Assembly (NCBI RefSeq): GCF_000281045.1
Contig: NW_008246077.1
Coordinates: 657,264-721,263, forward strand
Direction of reading: 5' to 3'
Source: Saprolegnia diclina VS20
Lineage: Eukaryota
DNA: 64,000 bases
Of the stretch, positions 1 through 11,204 are shown one piece after another (the stretch's first letter is position 1; the number at the start of each line of letters is the position of its first letter). Position numbers and translations under genes: made by a program. The notes beneath the pieces are model-generated. The model had not been told where the DNA came from. It made no database searches and saw only the letters and a list, made by a program, of their open reading frames with translations.

Positions 1-540
1 TCAACTGGTCAAGTCTAGGTTAACGTTGTTGGTTCTTGTAGAAGACGGCGAGTCGGCCATACCTTGCTACCTTGCAAGCTAAAATTTTGTGCATTCACTC
101 TAGTACTTGGGCTACGATCTTGGTTGTATGGCAGCACCGATACTTCACCTGGTATCGAACGCACTGATGGACGAAGATGAACGAGCGGTGTCTTGTTGAA
201 CCCAGTTCCCATGTCATGATCATCGGTCGTTGATCCTTGTTTCGTTTGGTGACTTCTCTCGATGGTTGCGCGTCCAGGGACCCTATTTCGCTGGCCATGG
301 CGTCGTTGACTAGAGTAGCATCGACTAAAAGCCATCCATGGCGCTAAGAACTTGTTTATACTCCGTATGTGGACGGACCGAGCTTGCCTTCAACTCAAAC
401 CTTCAACGTCGTTCGCCTTGTTGCTGATTGGTCAGTGCCACGCCGTGGTCGCTGGTGTCTGTGGGCATATACTTTATCCAAGTCACTGGATTTCGCCGCC
501 GGAATTTCGACCAATCAGCACTTGGTGAATCTTCGACATC

Positions 541-2482
541 ATGCTTTGCCTGGTCCATGCCCGTCGACTGCGCCTGCCGCCACTCGTCCGCGCACACAGC
601 CATGCGCCCCACGCCCAGAGTGACGACGCGCTCAAGATCACCCGCGTTGGCATGTACGTCAACATCGCGATGGCCGGCTGCAAGGGCGTCGTCGGCTGCG
701 CGGTCAACTCGTCGGCGCTCGTCGCGGACGCCGCCCACTCGCTCTCGGACCTACTCTCGGACTTTGTGACGCTTTGGAGCGTCAAAGTCGCGCGCTTGCC
801 GCCCGACGACAACCACCCGTATGGCTACGGCAAGTTTGAGGCCGTCGGGTCGCTTACCGTCGGCGCGATCTTGACGGGCGCCGGCGTGGCCATGGGCTGG
901 GACGCGGTGCACACGCTGCAAGAAGCCAGCGCGTTGGTCGCTGCAAACGGTGGCACGTGGGGCTATGCGGCCGCGCAAGCCGCACAGGAAGCTCTCTCGG
1001 CTGCCGAGCACGCGGGCCACTTGCACAACATTGTCGATCTCTCGGCGATTACCAGTACGACACCGTCCAACATAAGGACGCACACCTCGTAACTCGATGT
1101 TGTAGGTCTCGACACGACAACGCAATGGGGCATTGCCGCTGGCGCAGCACTGGCCTCCATCGGGGCCAAGGAGGCGTTGTACCACGCTACGGTTCGCATC
1201 GGGAAGAAGGCCAAGAGCAAGGTAAGAGACCAATGGATCAAATGTACCTAACTGTCTTGAATCGTGCATAGGTGTTGATTGCCAATGCCTGGCACCACCG
1301 TTCGGACGCGATATCGTCGTTCATTGCGCTCGGTGCGATGCCACGCTCTTGCCGACCAGTAGCTCATACTACTCTACGCAGGCGGTATCTGTGGCACGAT
1401 GGCCGGCGTGCCCCTCGTCGATCCGCGTACGGCAACGTTTCTTGATGGCGTCAACTTTTCACGATATCGGTCTAGTCGCGGGCGCCATTGTATCGTGTAT
1501 GATTGCCAAGACGGGTGTCGACATTTGCTTGGACAGGTGCGCATTTCACATACAATATTCGGTGTCGAGGTACCGCGCCTAGTGTGCGCGAACTCACGGA
1601 CAAGAGCGTCGAAGACGATATCCTCAAGCTCCTCAAAGTCACGGTACGCACCGTCGCGCGCGCGCTCTACGCTCACATGTCGCTAGTCGAGCAACGTCGA
1701 GGACGTCGTGTCGGTCAGCAACATCCGTGCGCGTCGCATGGGCCCATATACGCTTGTGGACCTCCGAGCCAATGTACGTTGCGAGACGTCGCTGGACGAA
1801 CGCTCATCTGCATGCGTAGGTACATGCTCGCACCAGTGTCTCTGCAGCCCAACAGGTACGTCCTCGACCGACGACACTAGATTCCTGACTGCGACTAGGT
1901 GGCGGCGCGCGTCAAGTCGGAGATTCTGCGCGAGTTGCCCGACGTCTCGGAGGTGCTCGTGCACATTGATGTGGCCCACAGTACGTCGTGTGCCGTCGAC
2001 CAGAGTCTATATTCCATTAGACGAGCTGGACAACTCGAATTGGGGCTCGGTGACGCCCGAAGAGACCATGCGGCCGTACCGCGAGATCAAGCGCGACGTG
2101 CTCCACGCCGTGCGCAAGATTCCCCAAGTCCAAGGCATCACCCACGTCAACGCGCATTGGGTGCCGCGCGACAACGTCACGTACGCGTCCGGCGAGACTG
2201 GTCTTGGGTACGGCACGTTTCTCGACGTGGCCATCGTCGTGAGCCCCGACCTCTCGGTGCGCGACGTGCACAAAATTGCCGCCCGCGCCCGCAAGTAAGA
2301 TTTGTTTATCTTGCGTTTTCTGAAATTTTAGTAGGGAAATCGAAAGCATCACGTATGTGGTCGAAGCCGACATCCACCTCGAGCTCTACGACGCCGAGAC
2401 CACCATTGACGACGGGAAGGACTCGCGGCTGCTCGCCGAGGCGCCGTGCTTCCGCGCGTGCCCACAGGGTCCGACGCTGTAA
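541..2482 (+). CDS. Cation diffusion facilitator (Fe/Zn-CDF, MMT1/MTP6-like), multi-exon, probably organellar
   Basis: SSALVADAAHSLSD, HPYGYGKFE and spliced ANAWHHRSD motifs. Two tandem C-terminal dimerisation-like domains. Arg-rich N-terminal presequence-like segment. GT-AG introns give a continuous frame to TAA at 2480-2482. Confidence 0.9.
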
Positions 2483-2522
2483 CAAAGTTTCAACGTATCA
2501 AGTACAAGCCTTTTGTTTTCAT

Positions 2523-3258
2523 TTATTCCGCAGCCAATGGCGTCTTGTTTTGAGGCAAGCTGTCGAGGAGGTTCGAGAGCATCTCGACGACCTCGGGCTC
2601 GAGCGGGTCGACGTCGTTGGGGTACACGGCGCGCAGGTCGCCTGTCTGGTCGATCACAAACTTGTCAAAGTTCCACCTAAAACAGCACATTGGGGTCTAC
2701 TGGCACGACCAACTTGGATGCAAATCATCGTACGTTGGCGCGACTTCGGACGTGTAGTGCTCTTCCAGCGCGACAAAGAACGGGTGCGCGTCGGGCCCGA
2801 GGACCTTGACCTTGGACGTGATCGGGAACTCGACCTTGTACTCGGTGCGGTAGAACGCTTCGACTTCCTCCTCGTCGCCAGGCTAGTTGCATGTCGTGAA
2901 CGAGTTTGCAGTGCTGCCCTGTAGTACCTCTTGGCCGCCAAAGTCGTTGGATGGCACGGCGAGGACCGTGAGCCCTCGGTCCTTGAGCTGCGCGTAGAGC
3001 TGTTGCATCGAGCCGAGCTGCGGCGTGAAGCCGCACTTGGACGCTGTGTTGGCGACCTAGCCATCGTAGCATGAGCAAGCAGCAAGGACGACGTAGCCGT
3101 CGTACGAGGATGACGCGGTTCTCAAAGAGGCTCGGCGCGAGGAGCTCGTCGCTGTCGATGGCTTTGAACTGCTTGAGCTTGCGCTGGAAGACCTTCTTGT
3201 TCTCGCCGTACGCGCGCGAGCCCACGGCGCGGCGCAGCGTGACCACTCGGCGAAACAT
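2523..3258 (-). CDS. Glutathione peroxidase family protein (Cys-type), 4 exons
   Basis: Spliced product contains VANTASKCGFTPQ, VPSNDFGGQEPG and WNFDKF. The catalytic codon is TGC (Cys). N-terminus MFRRVVTLRRAVGSRAY resembles a mitochondrial presequence. Confidence 0.92.
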
Positions 3259-3964
3259 GGCCAAAAATCAAACTAAAAAACCCAGCAAACCGACTAAACA
3301 TTTGAGTTAGTCGACTACAAAGCTCAACTATAGCACACGACACACCTTGTAAGATTCCGTAGACGCTGCGCAGAACCACCCTGGTCTGCGTGCACAGAAG
3401 ATAAAGAGACTGATGCGAGTCTTCGCCCGTCGTATTGGCGCAGTATGCGTCCTGCTAGCGATTGATCGAATGATTAGTTAGTCGCTAACATTTGAGCATC
3501 ACGCAGATCCTTTAAATAATTACCTCTTAATATAGATATAGTGCAATAAATAATGTAACCCTGCATTGAATGAGAATATAACCTCTGAAACATGATGCTA
3601 GTCAACAGGAACCAGAATCAAATCGGGTGCAATCTTCGTGGAAGCGGGCACGCGGTAGGAAGCGCTCAGCCTGTCTGGCGCCTGTCTTCGTGTCTCGACT
3701 TGTCCTACGTACTACAGAGCACGATCCGCATTCGCATGTGGCGTGATCGAAAGAGATGGTCTTCGTTGCTGCGAGCTGGTCCGTGTACCCACAACGTTTC
3801 CTCTACGTCAGCCCTTCACGCGTCGTATCAGCGCAGCTGATCAGCATGGCTGTGATGAAGCTGTTGCAGAAGAGCCCAACGCTACTGACTACCTACATAA
3901 CCACGCGACAGAGCCAAACGTCTTTGTGATTGCAGGTAGATAGTCTACTACAGTCAAGTACATC

Positions 3965-4810
3965 CTAAATCTCGCACGACTGCGAGTAGCGGCCGCCGTA
4001 GTCGCTGCTCGTGTCACTAAACGAGTCGGTCGAGTACGCAACGTCCGAGTTGGCCGAGTGGAGACTGTACTGCGAGTCGAAAATGTCCGAGTCGGTTTGG
4101 AATGACGGGATGTGCGAGTAGCCGCTCTCGGCCGAGAAGGACGCTTCGTTCGGCGCCGCGACAGACGACGGGTACTCGTAGTGCTGCATCGAGTACATGG
4201 GCGGCGGTGGCTCCACGACGTCGAATGCTGGGTTCCCAAACGGCGTCATGTCGTACTGCGCTGTGAGCCGCCCCGAGAGTGTCACGACGTTGTGGCCTGA
4301 CCGGAACGTATCGAGCGGACTCAAACCCGACTTTTTGTCAAACTCGTAGTCGCTCACGCGCTGCCGGCTCTTGGCGAGCGTATACGATATACCAACCGCG
4401 AGCACCATGACGAGGCCGCAGCCGCCACCAATGAGCGCATACGTCATCGTGTCATTGTCATCGGAAGCGACGGCGACAGCGGTCGTCGGCGCCGGGCGTG
4501 TCATGCCGCGTGTCGTTGGCGCCGGCGTCGGCTCTTCGGTCGTCGGCTCTGGCGTTGCGGTGGTTGGCGGCGGTGTTGGTGGCGGTGTCGTGGTCGGCAG
4601 CACCGTTGTCGTCGGTGCGGGCGTCGTTGTAGGCGGTGCTGTCGTGGTGGGCACCGGTGTCGTAGTCGGGGCCGCTGTCGTCGTCGGCACGGGCGTCTCG
4701 GTGGTCGGCGCCGGCGTCGTCGTCACCGGCACGATCGAGGGTGCACTTGTGTTGGTCTTGGCCTCGGCCAGTACCAGCAGCGCGACGACAAAGGCAAGGA
4801 ACGCCCGCAT
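3965..4810 (-). CDS. Type I membrane protein with Thr/Pro mucin-like ectodomain
   Basis: Signal peptide MRAFLAFVVALLVLAEA, PTTT repeats, transmembrane helix ALIGGGCGLVMVLAVGISY, and a Ser/Tyr-rich tail. Single 281-aa ORF. Confidence 0.85.
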   Translation of the reverse strand: MRAFLAFVVALLVLAEAKTNTSAPSIVPVTTTPAPTTETPVPTTTAAPTTTPVPTTTAPPTTTPAPTTTVLPTTTPPPTPPPTTATPEPTTEEPTPAPTTRGMTRPAPTTAVAVASDDNDTMTYALIGGGCGLVMVLAVGISYTLAKSRQRVSDYEFDKKSGLSPLDTFRSGHNVVTLSGRLTAQYDMTPFGNPAFDVVEPPPPMYSMQHYEYPSSVAAPNEASFSAESGYSHIPSFQTDSDIFDSQYSLHSANSDVAYSTDSFSDTSSDYGGRYSQSCEI

Positions 4811-5570
4811 CGATGCACTCTATTACGCTGGTGGAAATGAAATATAAGCACGCGGCGAAGGCGCGCCGAACCTGCGCAGCTGCGGCGCCCCGCCGACAGA
4901 CCATGCGCAGTAACATGAGATCCCACTCTCGTAACACCCGCCGGGGTCGTCCACCGCTCCTACACGCCGCCATTGACGACTTCTACCAATTCGAAGGACG
5001 TCTGTAGGAGACAATAGAACAGGGTTCCATCGGCACTGCTTGTCGTCGTCATCGCCGCAGCGCCCCTCGGCCATCGACCGCCATTGCCCCAGGGGCCAAA
5101 GTATCTTTGACAGTACGTGTCACCACCACATGTCCTTTCTACGCACACTCGCTCGGCGCCGCCCCGTTCGAATGCAGGCCGCCCTTGCGGTCATCCCACG
5201 GTGCAGAGAGGCGGATGGTTCGATCTCGGATTCGAGCTCGCGGCAGCGAACCCTCCCGTGCATTGGTGTTGCGGGATGTCGAGCTAAAGTGCAAACTGCA
5301 AATTCTCGTCTCTTTCTTTCGCGATCAGACGAGATCTGTTGACCCGACACGACGACAACGGCGCCTGGCCCGCGTTGATTGTGGCCGCAACGTGGGATAT
5401 CACGGCGGCTGTCACGGTGCCGATCGCCGGCTCACCTGTCTCGCCCGACCCCACAACCACCAGCGCCCACCAGATGAGCTCACGCCCGCAACAAGAGCTT
5501 AGTGCCAAGTGGCTCCACGAGATTTAGCGTGTAATACATCAAGAGTGGTTTAATTTTAGTGTGCAGGCAT

Positions 5571-8186
5571 CTACTTTTTACTAACACGGCGCTTCTTGGC
5601 GAGGCCGGCGCCGCCGCCCTTGAGGAGCTCGCCGCCCTTGCGCACCTGCTGGTTGAAGGTCGCGTTCTGCTGCTCCATCCACGACCGAATCTCCTTTTGC
5701 TTGGCGTTCTTCTCGGTTTGCCAGTTGGCGCGCTCTTCGTCGCGCTGGCGTGCGAGGAACGCCGCGTCGCGCCGAAGCTCGCGGCTCGCACCCTTGCGCT
5801 CGCGCTTGACCTGGCGCTGGAGCTGCTTGAGCTGCGCCTTCTCACGGTCCGTTGTCTTGTCCTTGCGCATCGCGTAGTTTTCGTCAAACTTGGGCACGAA
5901 CGACGGCAGCACCGTCGGCGCAAACGTCTGGAGACGCAGCGGCTTGCGCGTTTGGAGCGCGTTCTTCATGGTCGTCTGCAGCAGCGTGAGCGTCGCTTCG
6001 AGGCGACCGTTGGTCGCCGGCAGGTGCTTGGCGTGAATGGCCTTGAGGAGGCGCTCGATCGGCGCGAGAAGCTCGTTGACCGACGGCAGCGATGCGTACT
6101 GCGCCGCCGCCACGTCAATAAAGCTCAAGAGACCGTGGAAGAGCGCCGCCGACATGGCTTCGTTGGGCAGCGGCGTGTGCAGCGGGAGCAGCGGGAAGCT
6201 CGCCGCGTCCTTGTTGTCCTCGACCCACGCGTTGATCGATTCGATCCACCAGCTGCTCTCAGGGTTGCCAAGGAGCTCGACGAGCGAGTTGAGCGCGTAG
6301 AGCACCTCAGGCGAAAACTTCTTCTTCTCGCGCGTCATGTGCAAGCTCAAGCCGACGCAGAAGAGCGCGCTGCGCACATCGCTGGCCGACGCGATCGGCG
6401 CCTTCGCCAGCGCCTGCCCAATAAGGAGCTCAATCGGCGACAAGACGTTGTGGCGGAGATCCGTGACGGGGAACACCGAGAGCGCCACGCGCAGAAGGAG
6501 CAGGTCGCGCATGTCGGGCCACGGCATCGTCTTCTTCTTCGAAAGCTTCTTCTGGAGCGCTGTGAGGTAGTCGCGGAAGAGCGCGCCGGCGTGTTCTGGA
6601 AACTCCTGCGCCGTGTCGAAAATGTGGCCCGCGAGGTGGTGCAAGTCGGCGCCAAACTTGTCGTAGTTGGCCGCGTACTTGAGGAACTGGCGCAAGAGCA
6701 CCGCAAAGAGCTTCTTCATCAACGCCTGGTTGGCCGCGCTGAGCTTGGGCGAGTAGTACTTGCGCAAGCGCTCAATGATGACGTTGCGGTCCGTCGCGTT
6801 GTGCGCGTACTTGGAGAAGAGCGCCGCGAGCTCTGCTGGCGTCGTCGGACACTCGAGCACGTACGGGATCTCCTTGGCCGCGTCCGCGCGCTTCTTCTGG
6901 GCACGGGCGAGGGCTTCCTCGTCGACTTCTTCTTCTTCGTCGTCGTCATCCTCTTCCTCGTCGTCGTCTTCGTCACCTTCTTCGTTGTCATCGTCCTCAT
7001 CATCTTCCAGATCGCCATCCTCGTCGTCATCTTCATCTTCGTCATCTTCTTCCTCGTCGTCCTCGGCCTTGTCTTCCTGGTCGTCGTCGTTCTCGGCGTC
7101 GCTCTCGTTGGTTTGGTTGAACTGCTGGTCGATCTGGTAGTCGTCGTTGAGCGAGTCGTCCGTGGCCGGCGGCGGGCGCATCAGAATGAACTTGGGCTGC
7201 TTCTTGCCGCCCTTTTTCTTTGTCGCCTTCTTGGCCGTCTCGGTGTCGCTCTCGTCTTCGCCGTTCATGCGCGCGATCCGCTGCTTCTCGAGCTCGGCAA
7301 GCTTTTCGTGCTCCTTCTTGGCAATCTCTTCGGGCGAGAGGTTGCGCTCGGTGGCTTTGGCCTTGGCTTCCATCGAGAGGAGGCGCGCCATCTTGTCGAA
7401 TTCATCGAGCTCGCCACGCGCTTCGGGCGTCCGATCGGCCTTCTTGGGCCGGAACGACAGCATCTTTTGAAAGTCGGCAAACTCGGCGTCGAGGACCTCG
7501 GTCGTCTCGTCCTGGTTGGCCTTGTTCTTCTGCTTCTCCGCCTTGTACATCTTGCTCTTCATCATAACTTCGTGCATGATCTCTTCGTGCGTCTTCTTCT
7601 TCGCGGGTTCGTCGCCATTTGCAGCGGCGCCGCCACCAAAGTGGAGCTGGTTTACGAGCTCGCGCCCGAGCTTGTTCTCGAACGCACGGTCTTCTTCGTC
7701 CATGTCACTGCCATGCCCGTCCGGGCCGTCAAACGCGTCATAGTCGTCGATCTTCTGGCCACGATGCGTCAGAAACTCCTCTTCGTTGTCGTCGTTCTCG
7801 TCGGCGAGGTTGAACTTGGAGGCGTTGCGCTGCTGCTGGTACTGCTTCTTGCGCTCTGTCTGGAAGCGCGCGAGCATCTTGTCTTCGAGCGACATGTCTT
7901 CGCTCTGTTCGCCAAGACGGCGATCCTTGAACTCGTTGTTCTTCTTGCGCGTCTGGAACTGCTTGAGCAGCGTTTGGCGGCGGCGGTCCTCGGCCTGCGC
8001 GCGGGCTTGGGCCACGTTGCGACCTTGGCCCTTGATGCGCTTCCCGAGCACCTCGTACTTGGAGCGCGAGTTGGACTGCACGTCAAAGGCGTTGCTCTTG
8101 GCGCGGCCAAAGGTCTTGGCGCCGGCCTTGGCCTTGGCCTTGGCGCCGACGCGGCCGACTGCTTGCATGCGCTCCTTCTTCCCCAT
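5571..8186 (-). CDS. NOP14: Nucleolar protein 14 (SSU processome)
   Basis: Intronless ORF from MGKKERM with FKDRRLGE, EDKMLARF, LTHRGQ, KKTHEEIMHEV, an acidic tract and KRERKGASRELRRDAAFLAR. Confidence 0.93.
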   Translation of the reverse strand: MGKKERMQAVGRVGAKAKAKAGAKTFGRAKSNAFDVQSNSRSKYEVLGKRIKGQGRNVAQARAQAEDRRRQTLLKQFQTRKKNNEFKDRRLGEQSEDMSLEDKMLARFQTERKKQYQQQRNASKFNLADENDDNEEEFLTHRGQKIDDYDAFDGPDGHGSDMDEEDRAFENKLGRELVNQLHFGGGAAANGDEPAKKKTHEEIMHEVMMKSKMYKAEKQKNKANQDETTEVLDAEFADFQKMLSFRPKKADRTPEARGELDEFDKMARLLSMEAKAKATERNLSPEEIAKKEHEKLAELEKQRIARMNGEDESDTETAKKATKKKGGKKQPKFILMRPPPATDDSLNDDYQIDQQFNQTNESDAENDDDQEDKAEDDEEEDDEDEDDDEDGDLEDDEDDDNEEGDEDDDEEEDDDDEEEEVDEEALARAQKKRADAAKEIPYVLECPTTPAELAALFSKYAHNATDRNVIIERLRKYYSPKLSAANQALMKKLFAVLLRQFLKYAANYDKFGADLHHLAGHIFDTAQEFPEHAGALFRDYLTALQKKLSKKKTMPWPDMRDLLLLRVALSVFPVTDLRHNVLSPIELLIGQALAKAPIASASDVRSALFCVGLSLHMTREKKKFSPEVLYALNSLVELLGNPESSWWIESINAWVEDNKDAASFPLLPLHTPLPNEAMSAALFHGLLSFIDVAAAQYASLPSVNELLAPIERLLKAIHAKHLPATNGRLEATLTLLQTTMKNALQTRKPLRLQTFAPTVLPSFVPKFDENYAMRKDKTTDREKAQLKQLQRQVKRERKGASRELRRDAAFLARQRDEERANWQTEKNAKQKEIRSWMEQQNATFNQQVRKGGELLKGGGAGLAKKRRVSKK

Positions 8187-8360
8187 CGTCGTATTGCTTG
8201 GGTTCAAACTGCAATTACCAGTCGCCAACAAAAAACAAAACCCACCAACCATTGCAAGGCTCGCGTTTCTGCCAATCGCATGGCGCGAAAAAAGAGCCAA
8301 TCAACGGTGACAATAGATCCTCCGGATAATGCGTGACGTATGCGGACGCTCAGATCGAAG

Positions 8361-9338
8361 ATGGCAGCGACGTGGCGAGTTGGGCGGACGAACGACTCGT
8401 CGGGCGTCGCAGCCGCGCTGCGCCCGAGCACCGGGTACCGCGAAGACATGATCAAGCGGGGCGTGGCGCCGAGGGACTTTGTCAAGGAGAACCGCAAGCG
8501 CATCCAGCTCAAGCAGGCCGAGCAGGCGCAGAAGAAGGCCGAGGACGAAGCCAAGGCGAATGCCAAGCGCGCGACCGAGAGCTTCAAAATCAAGCGCTTT
8601 GAGCGCGCAGCCTCGCGTGTTGGCAGCTACGACGGAGATGACCGCTCGAGCACGAGCAGCCAACACTCGCGGTATACGACCCATCGACGCGAGTACAACA
8701 AGGCCCGCGTCCCGACCCAAGACGAGCTTCGCGAGCGCGACCGGCAGCTCAAGGAGGCCCAGAACCGGCAACAAGTCGATTTCATCAACTCGAATGCGTG
8801 GGAGGTCATCCAAAAGGCGCCCAAGAAGCCTGCACCGACGGCCGCCGAGCTCTGGGACATCGAGTCGAGGCGACATCAGAGCTTTGGCCAAGTCCCGAGC
8901 TACCTCCGTGAGCGCAAGGCTGCGGTACGCCGTCAAGATGCACCTCTCGTAGCCTATGGAAGTGGTGGTAGTGGGCGAAAGAAGAAGAGGACCGCCGCAT
9001 GAACCTTCCGGACCCCGACTGCCCGCCTGGGATGGTGCTCATGCCCGACGACGACCGCTTGGATACATTGGCGACGCTGCGCGAGAATATCCTTTGGACG
9101 ATGCTTCCTTTGTATCTCTGAATATGACTCTAGTAGCCTTGACGGCGCCAAACGCTATGAAGCGGCGCGCCGACAGATGAACCAGCTGCCGCTGCGCATC
9201 GAGACACCGAGCCAGATCCGCCGCAAGCAGGCGCTCGAGACCAAAATGCAAGAGATCGAAGATGCCATCAAGGTCTTCGACAAGCCCAAGGTGTTTATGC
9301 TGCCCGAAGCGCTCACCGAGTCGACAACGAGCGCCTAA
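8361..9338 (+). CDS. Enkurin domain-containing protein (ENKD1-like)
   Basis: C-terminal FGQVPSYLRERK...PDPDCPPGMVLMPDDDRLDTLATL...LPLRIET...LETKMQEIEDAIKVFDKPKVF. One GT-AG intron and one AT-AC intron. Confidence 0.85.
9087..9153 (+). other. U12-type (minor spliceosome) AT-AC intron
   Basis: 5' ATATCCTTT, branch site CCTTGAC at 9137-9143, 3' AAC. Removal restores LATLRE-SYEAARRQMNQLP in frame. Confidence 0.88.
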
Positions 9339-9353
9339 TCCACTCTCCATATG

Positions 9354-9428
9354 ATCCTATCCAATTCTATCCAATTCTATCCTATCCTATCCTATCCTAT
9401 CCTATCCTATCCTATCCTATCCTATCCT
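9354..9428. repeat. (CTATC)n pentanucleotide microsatellite
   Basis: Run of atcct/ctatc units preceded by two ccaattctat variants, between convergent gene ends. Confidence 0.95.
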
Positions 9429-9489
9429 TGTGATTCAAAACCGAATCCAAACTCAAAAGGAGATATTAGCTGCTGGACATTGCTTCTTC

Positions 9490-10851
9490 TTACTCGAGCG
9501 TATCGTAGATCTTTTGCACGTCACTCGGGTCAATGGTCGCAAAGGTGGCTTCGTCAACAAGCGACCGGCCTTTCGACTTGAGCTTGAGGTTGTAGCGGTG
9601 CCACTCGGAGCGAAAGTGGTCGCGGTACTTGGCCGTATCCGGGAAATCGCCGCCGCACGTGCTGCACGGCCGCCCCGCCTTCTTCTCGACGACGGGCGCC
9701 GCCGCCGCCACGACAGCCGGTGCGGCCGGCGGCAAGTCGAGCGTCAGACGCTCCGTCTTTTTCGAGATCTCGTCGTCGATCGTGTGCTCGCCCTGCTCGT
9801 GGCAGCTTAAATCGAGCACTTCCAGCGACCGCGACGCATCTATATATATACAGATATTGCATCCTCGCACCGCGCTATCGTGCACGAATATATATTGCGT
9901 ACCCTTCTTGCCCTTTGGGTTGACAAACTGGTCCAAATGGCGGTACGCACTCGGGTCGATCTGGCAAATGATGCGCAGCACGTCGCCGCCACGCTGCTCC
10001 ACGATGACAGCTTCCTGCTCGGCGAGAAACTCCTTGGTCGCTTGGCCGTCTGCGCGTAGGATTCGATGAGTGCGAGCATGGAAGATGGAAGCTGTACCCG
10101 CCGGGGCGACCGTCACCTGGACCTTCATCTTGGCACGCGTGATGGGCATGTGCGCCTTGAGCTTCTTGATGACTTCAAGCGCCTAAATGCATGTACATAG
10201 ATAACGTCGTGTCCGTGGATGCCATGATGCGCACCTGCTGCTTGGCCGATCGGTTCGGGATGAGTGCGTAGTGCATCTCCTTCATGGCGCGTTCAATGAC
10301 CGTAAACTAAGGTGGCAGTTCATGAGCGCCCACAGTCGAAGGGTTGGTGTTGCCTACCGGGTACGGGCGGTTGGACTCGGGGTTGACGCACTTTTCGGCC
10401 ACGATCGTCGCAATCTCCTGGTAGACGCTACATATCCCATGCTGCAGCGCTCGCAAGTAGAGGGCGCATGCCTACCTTTCGTTGAAGGCGGCGCGCTCGC
10501 CATCCGAGACTTGGAGCTCGCCCTTCTCGATGATGATCTTGGCGATCTCAGTCACGTCTTCCGTGCCAAAGACCGCCATGAGGTTGTTGGCCTTCTTGCC
10601 CTACAAGCATGTAAGGTCATCGCCCAGCGATGGGCGCATTGTACCCGCGAGACGTTTTCAAAGATGGACTGCGACTGGAGGACTTCGTCCAAGCTCGTCT
10701 CGACGCCATTGCGCCAGTTGACGACCTTGTTCTTGTAGCAAGCAACCTCGAAGCGCTGGCCGTTCTTCTTGAGGCGCACGACGGCCACGTTCGTGAGGCG
10801 GACCTGCGAGATCGGCGTCATCACGCGCTGGCTCTGGTGCATGAAGCCCAT
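9490..10851 (-). CDS. SBDS: Ribosome maturation protein SBDS/Sdo1 with C-terminal C2H2 zinc finger
   Basis: [28 protein letters not shown], spliced [10 protein letters not shown] and SAKQQAL, and C-terminal CSTCGG...[12 protein letters not shown]. Confidence 0.95.
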
Positions 10852-11204
10852 CTTGTCGGTTCGCTGTCTTGGTCGAAAATACCCACTGCCTCCATCTTCG
10901 TATGGCCACGGAACGACCTACACTCGCACATAAACCTCGTTGGTAGAGGTTAAACGCGGCCAAGATCCATGGCACCCAACTTGGCGCCCCATCATGCAAA
11001 ACGACGTGCCGCTCGCAAATGCACACCTCAGAAGGTCGGCCGCATACCATAATTTCCAGACGAGCAGTGATGCACTCAAGGTGGACACGAGAGAATGCGA
11101 GGCCCGAGTATCGAGCACCACGACGAGACCTACATTCAGTACTTTAACGTGCGTTAAATCCCCGCCCATTGCGCCAGCTGCGAAATTTCCATCGATACGA
11201 AGCA

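Noticed and set aside
1..540. Short ORFs at the window start
   Set aside because: They show no recognisable motif or host-like codon bias.
3030..3040. Possible selenocysteine in the GPx
   Set aside because: The active-site codon is TGC (SKCG), not TGA.
5559..8336. 925-aa ORF antisense to NOP14
   Set aside because: It mirrors NOP14 codon for codon, has an L/V/R-rich composition with no domain, and is expected from GC3-biased codon usage.
9354..9428. Repeat as a telomeric seed or CRISPR array
   Set aside because: It is a simple 5-bp unit with no spacers and is not the TTTAGGG/TTAGGG type. The context is eukaryotic.
9490..9680. C-terminal zinc finger on SBDS as a novel fusion
   Set aside because: It is already known in plant and several protist SBDS proteins.
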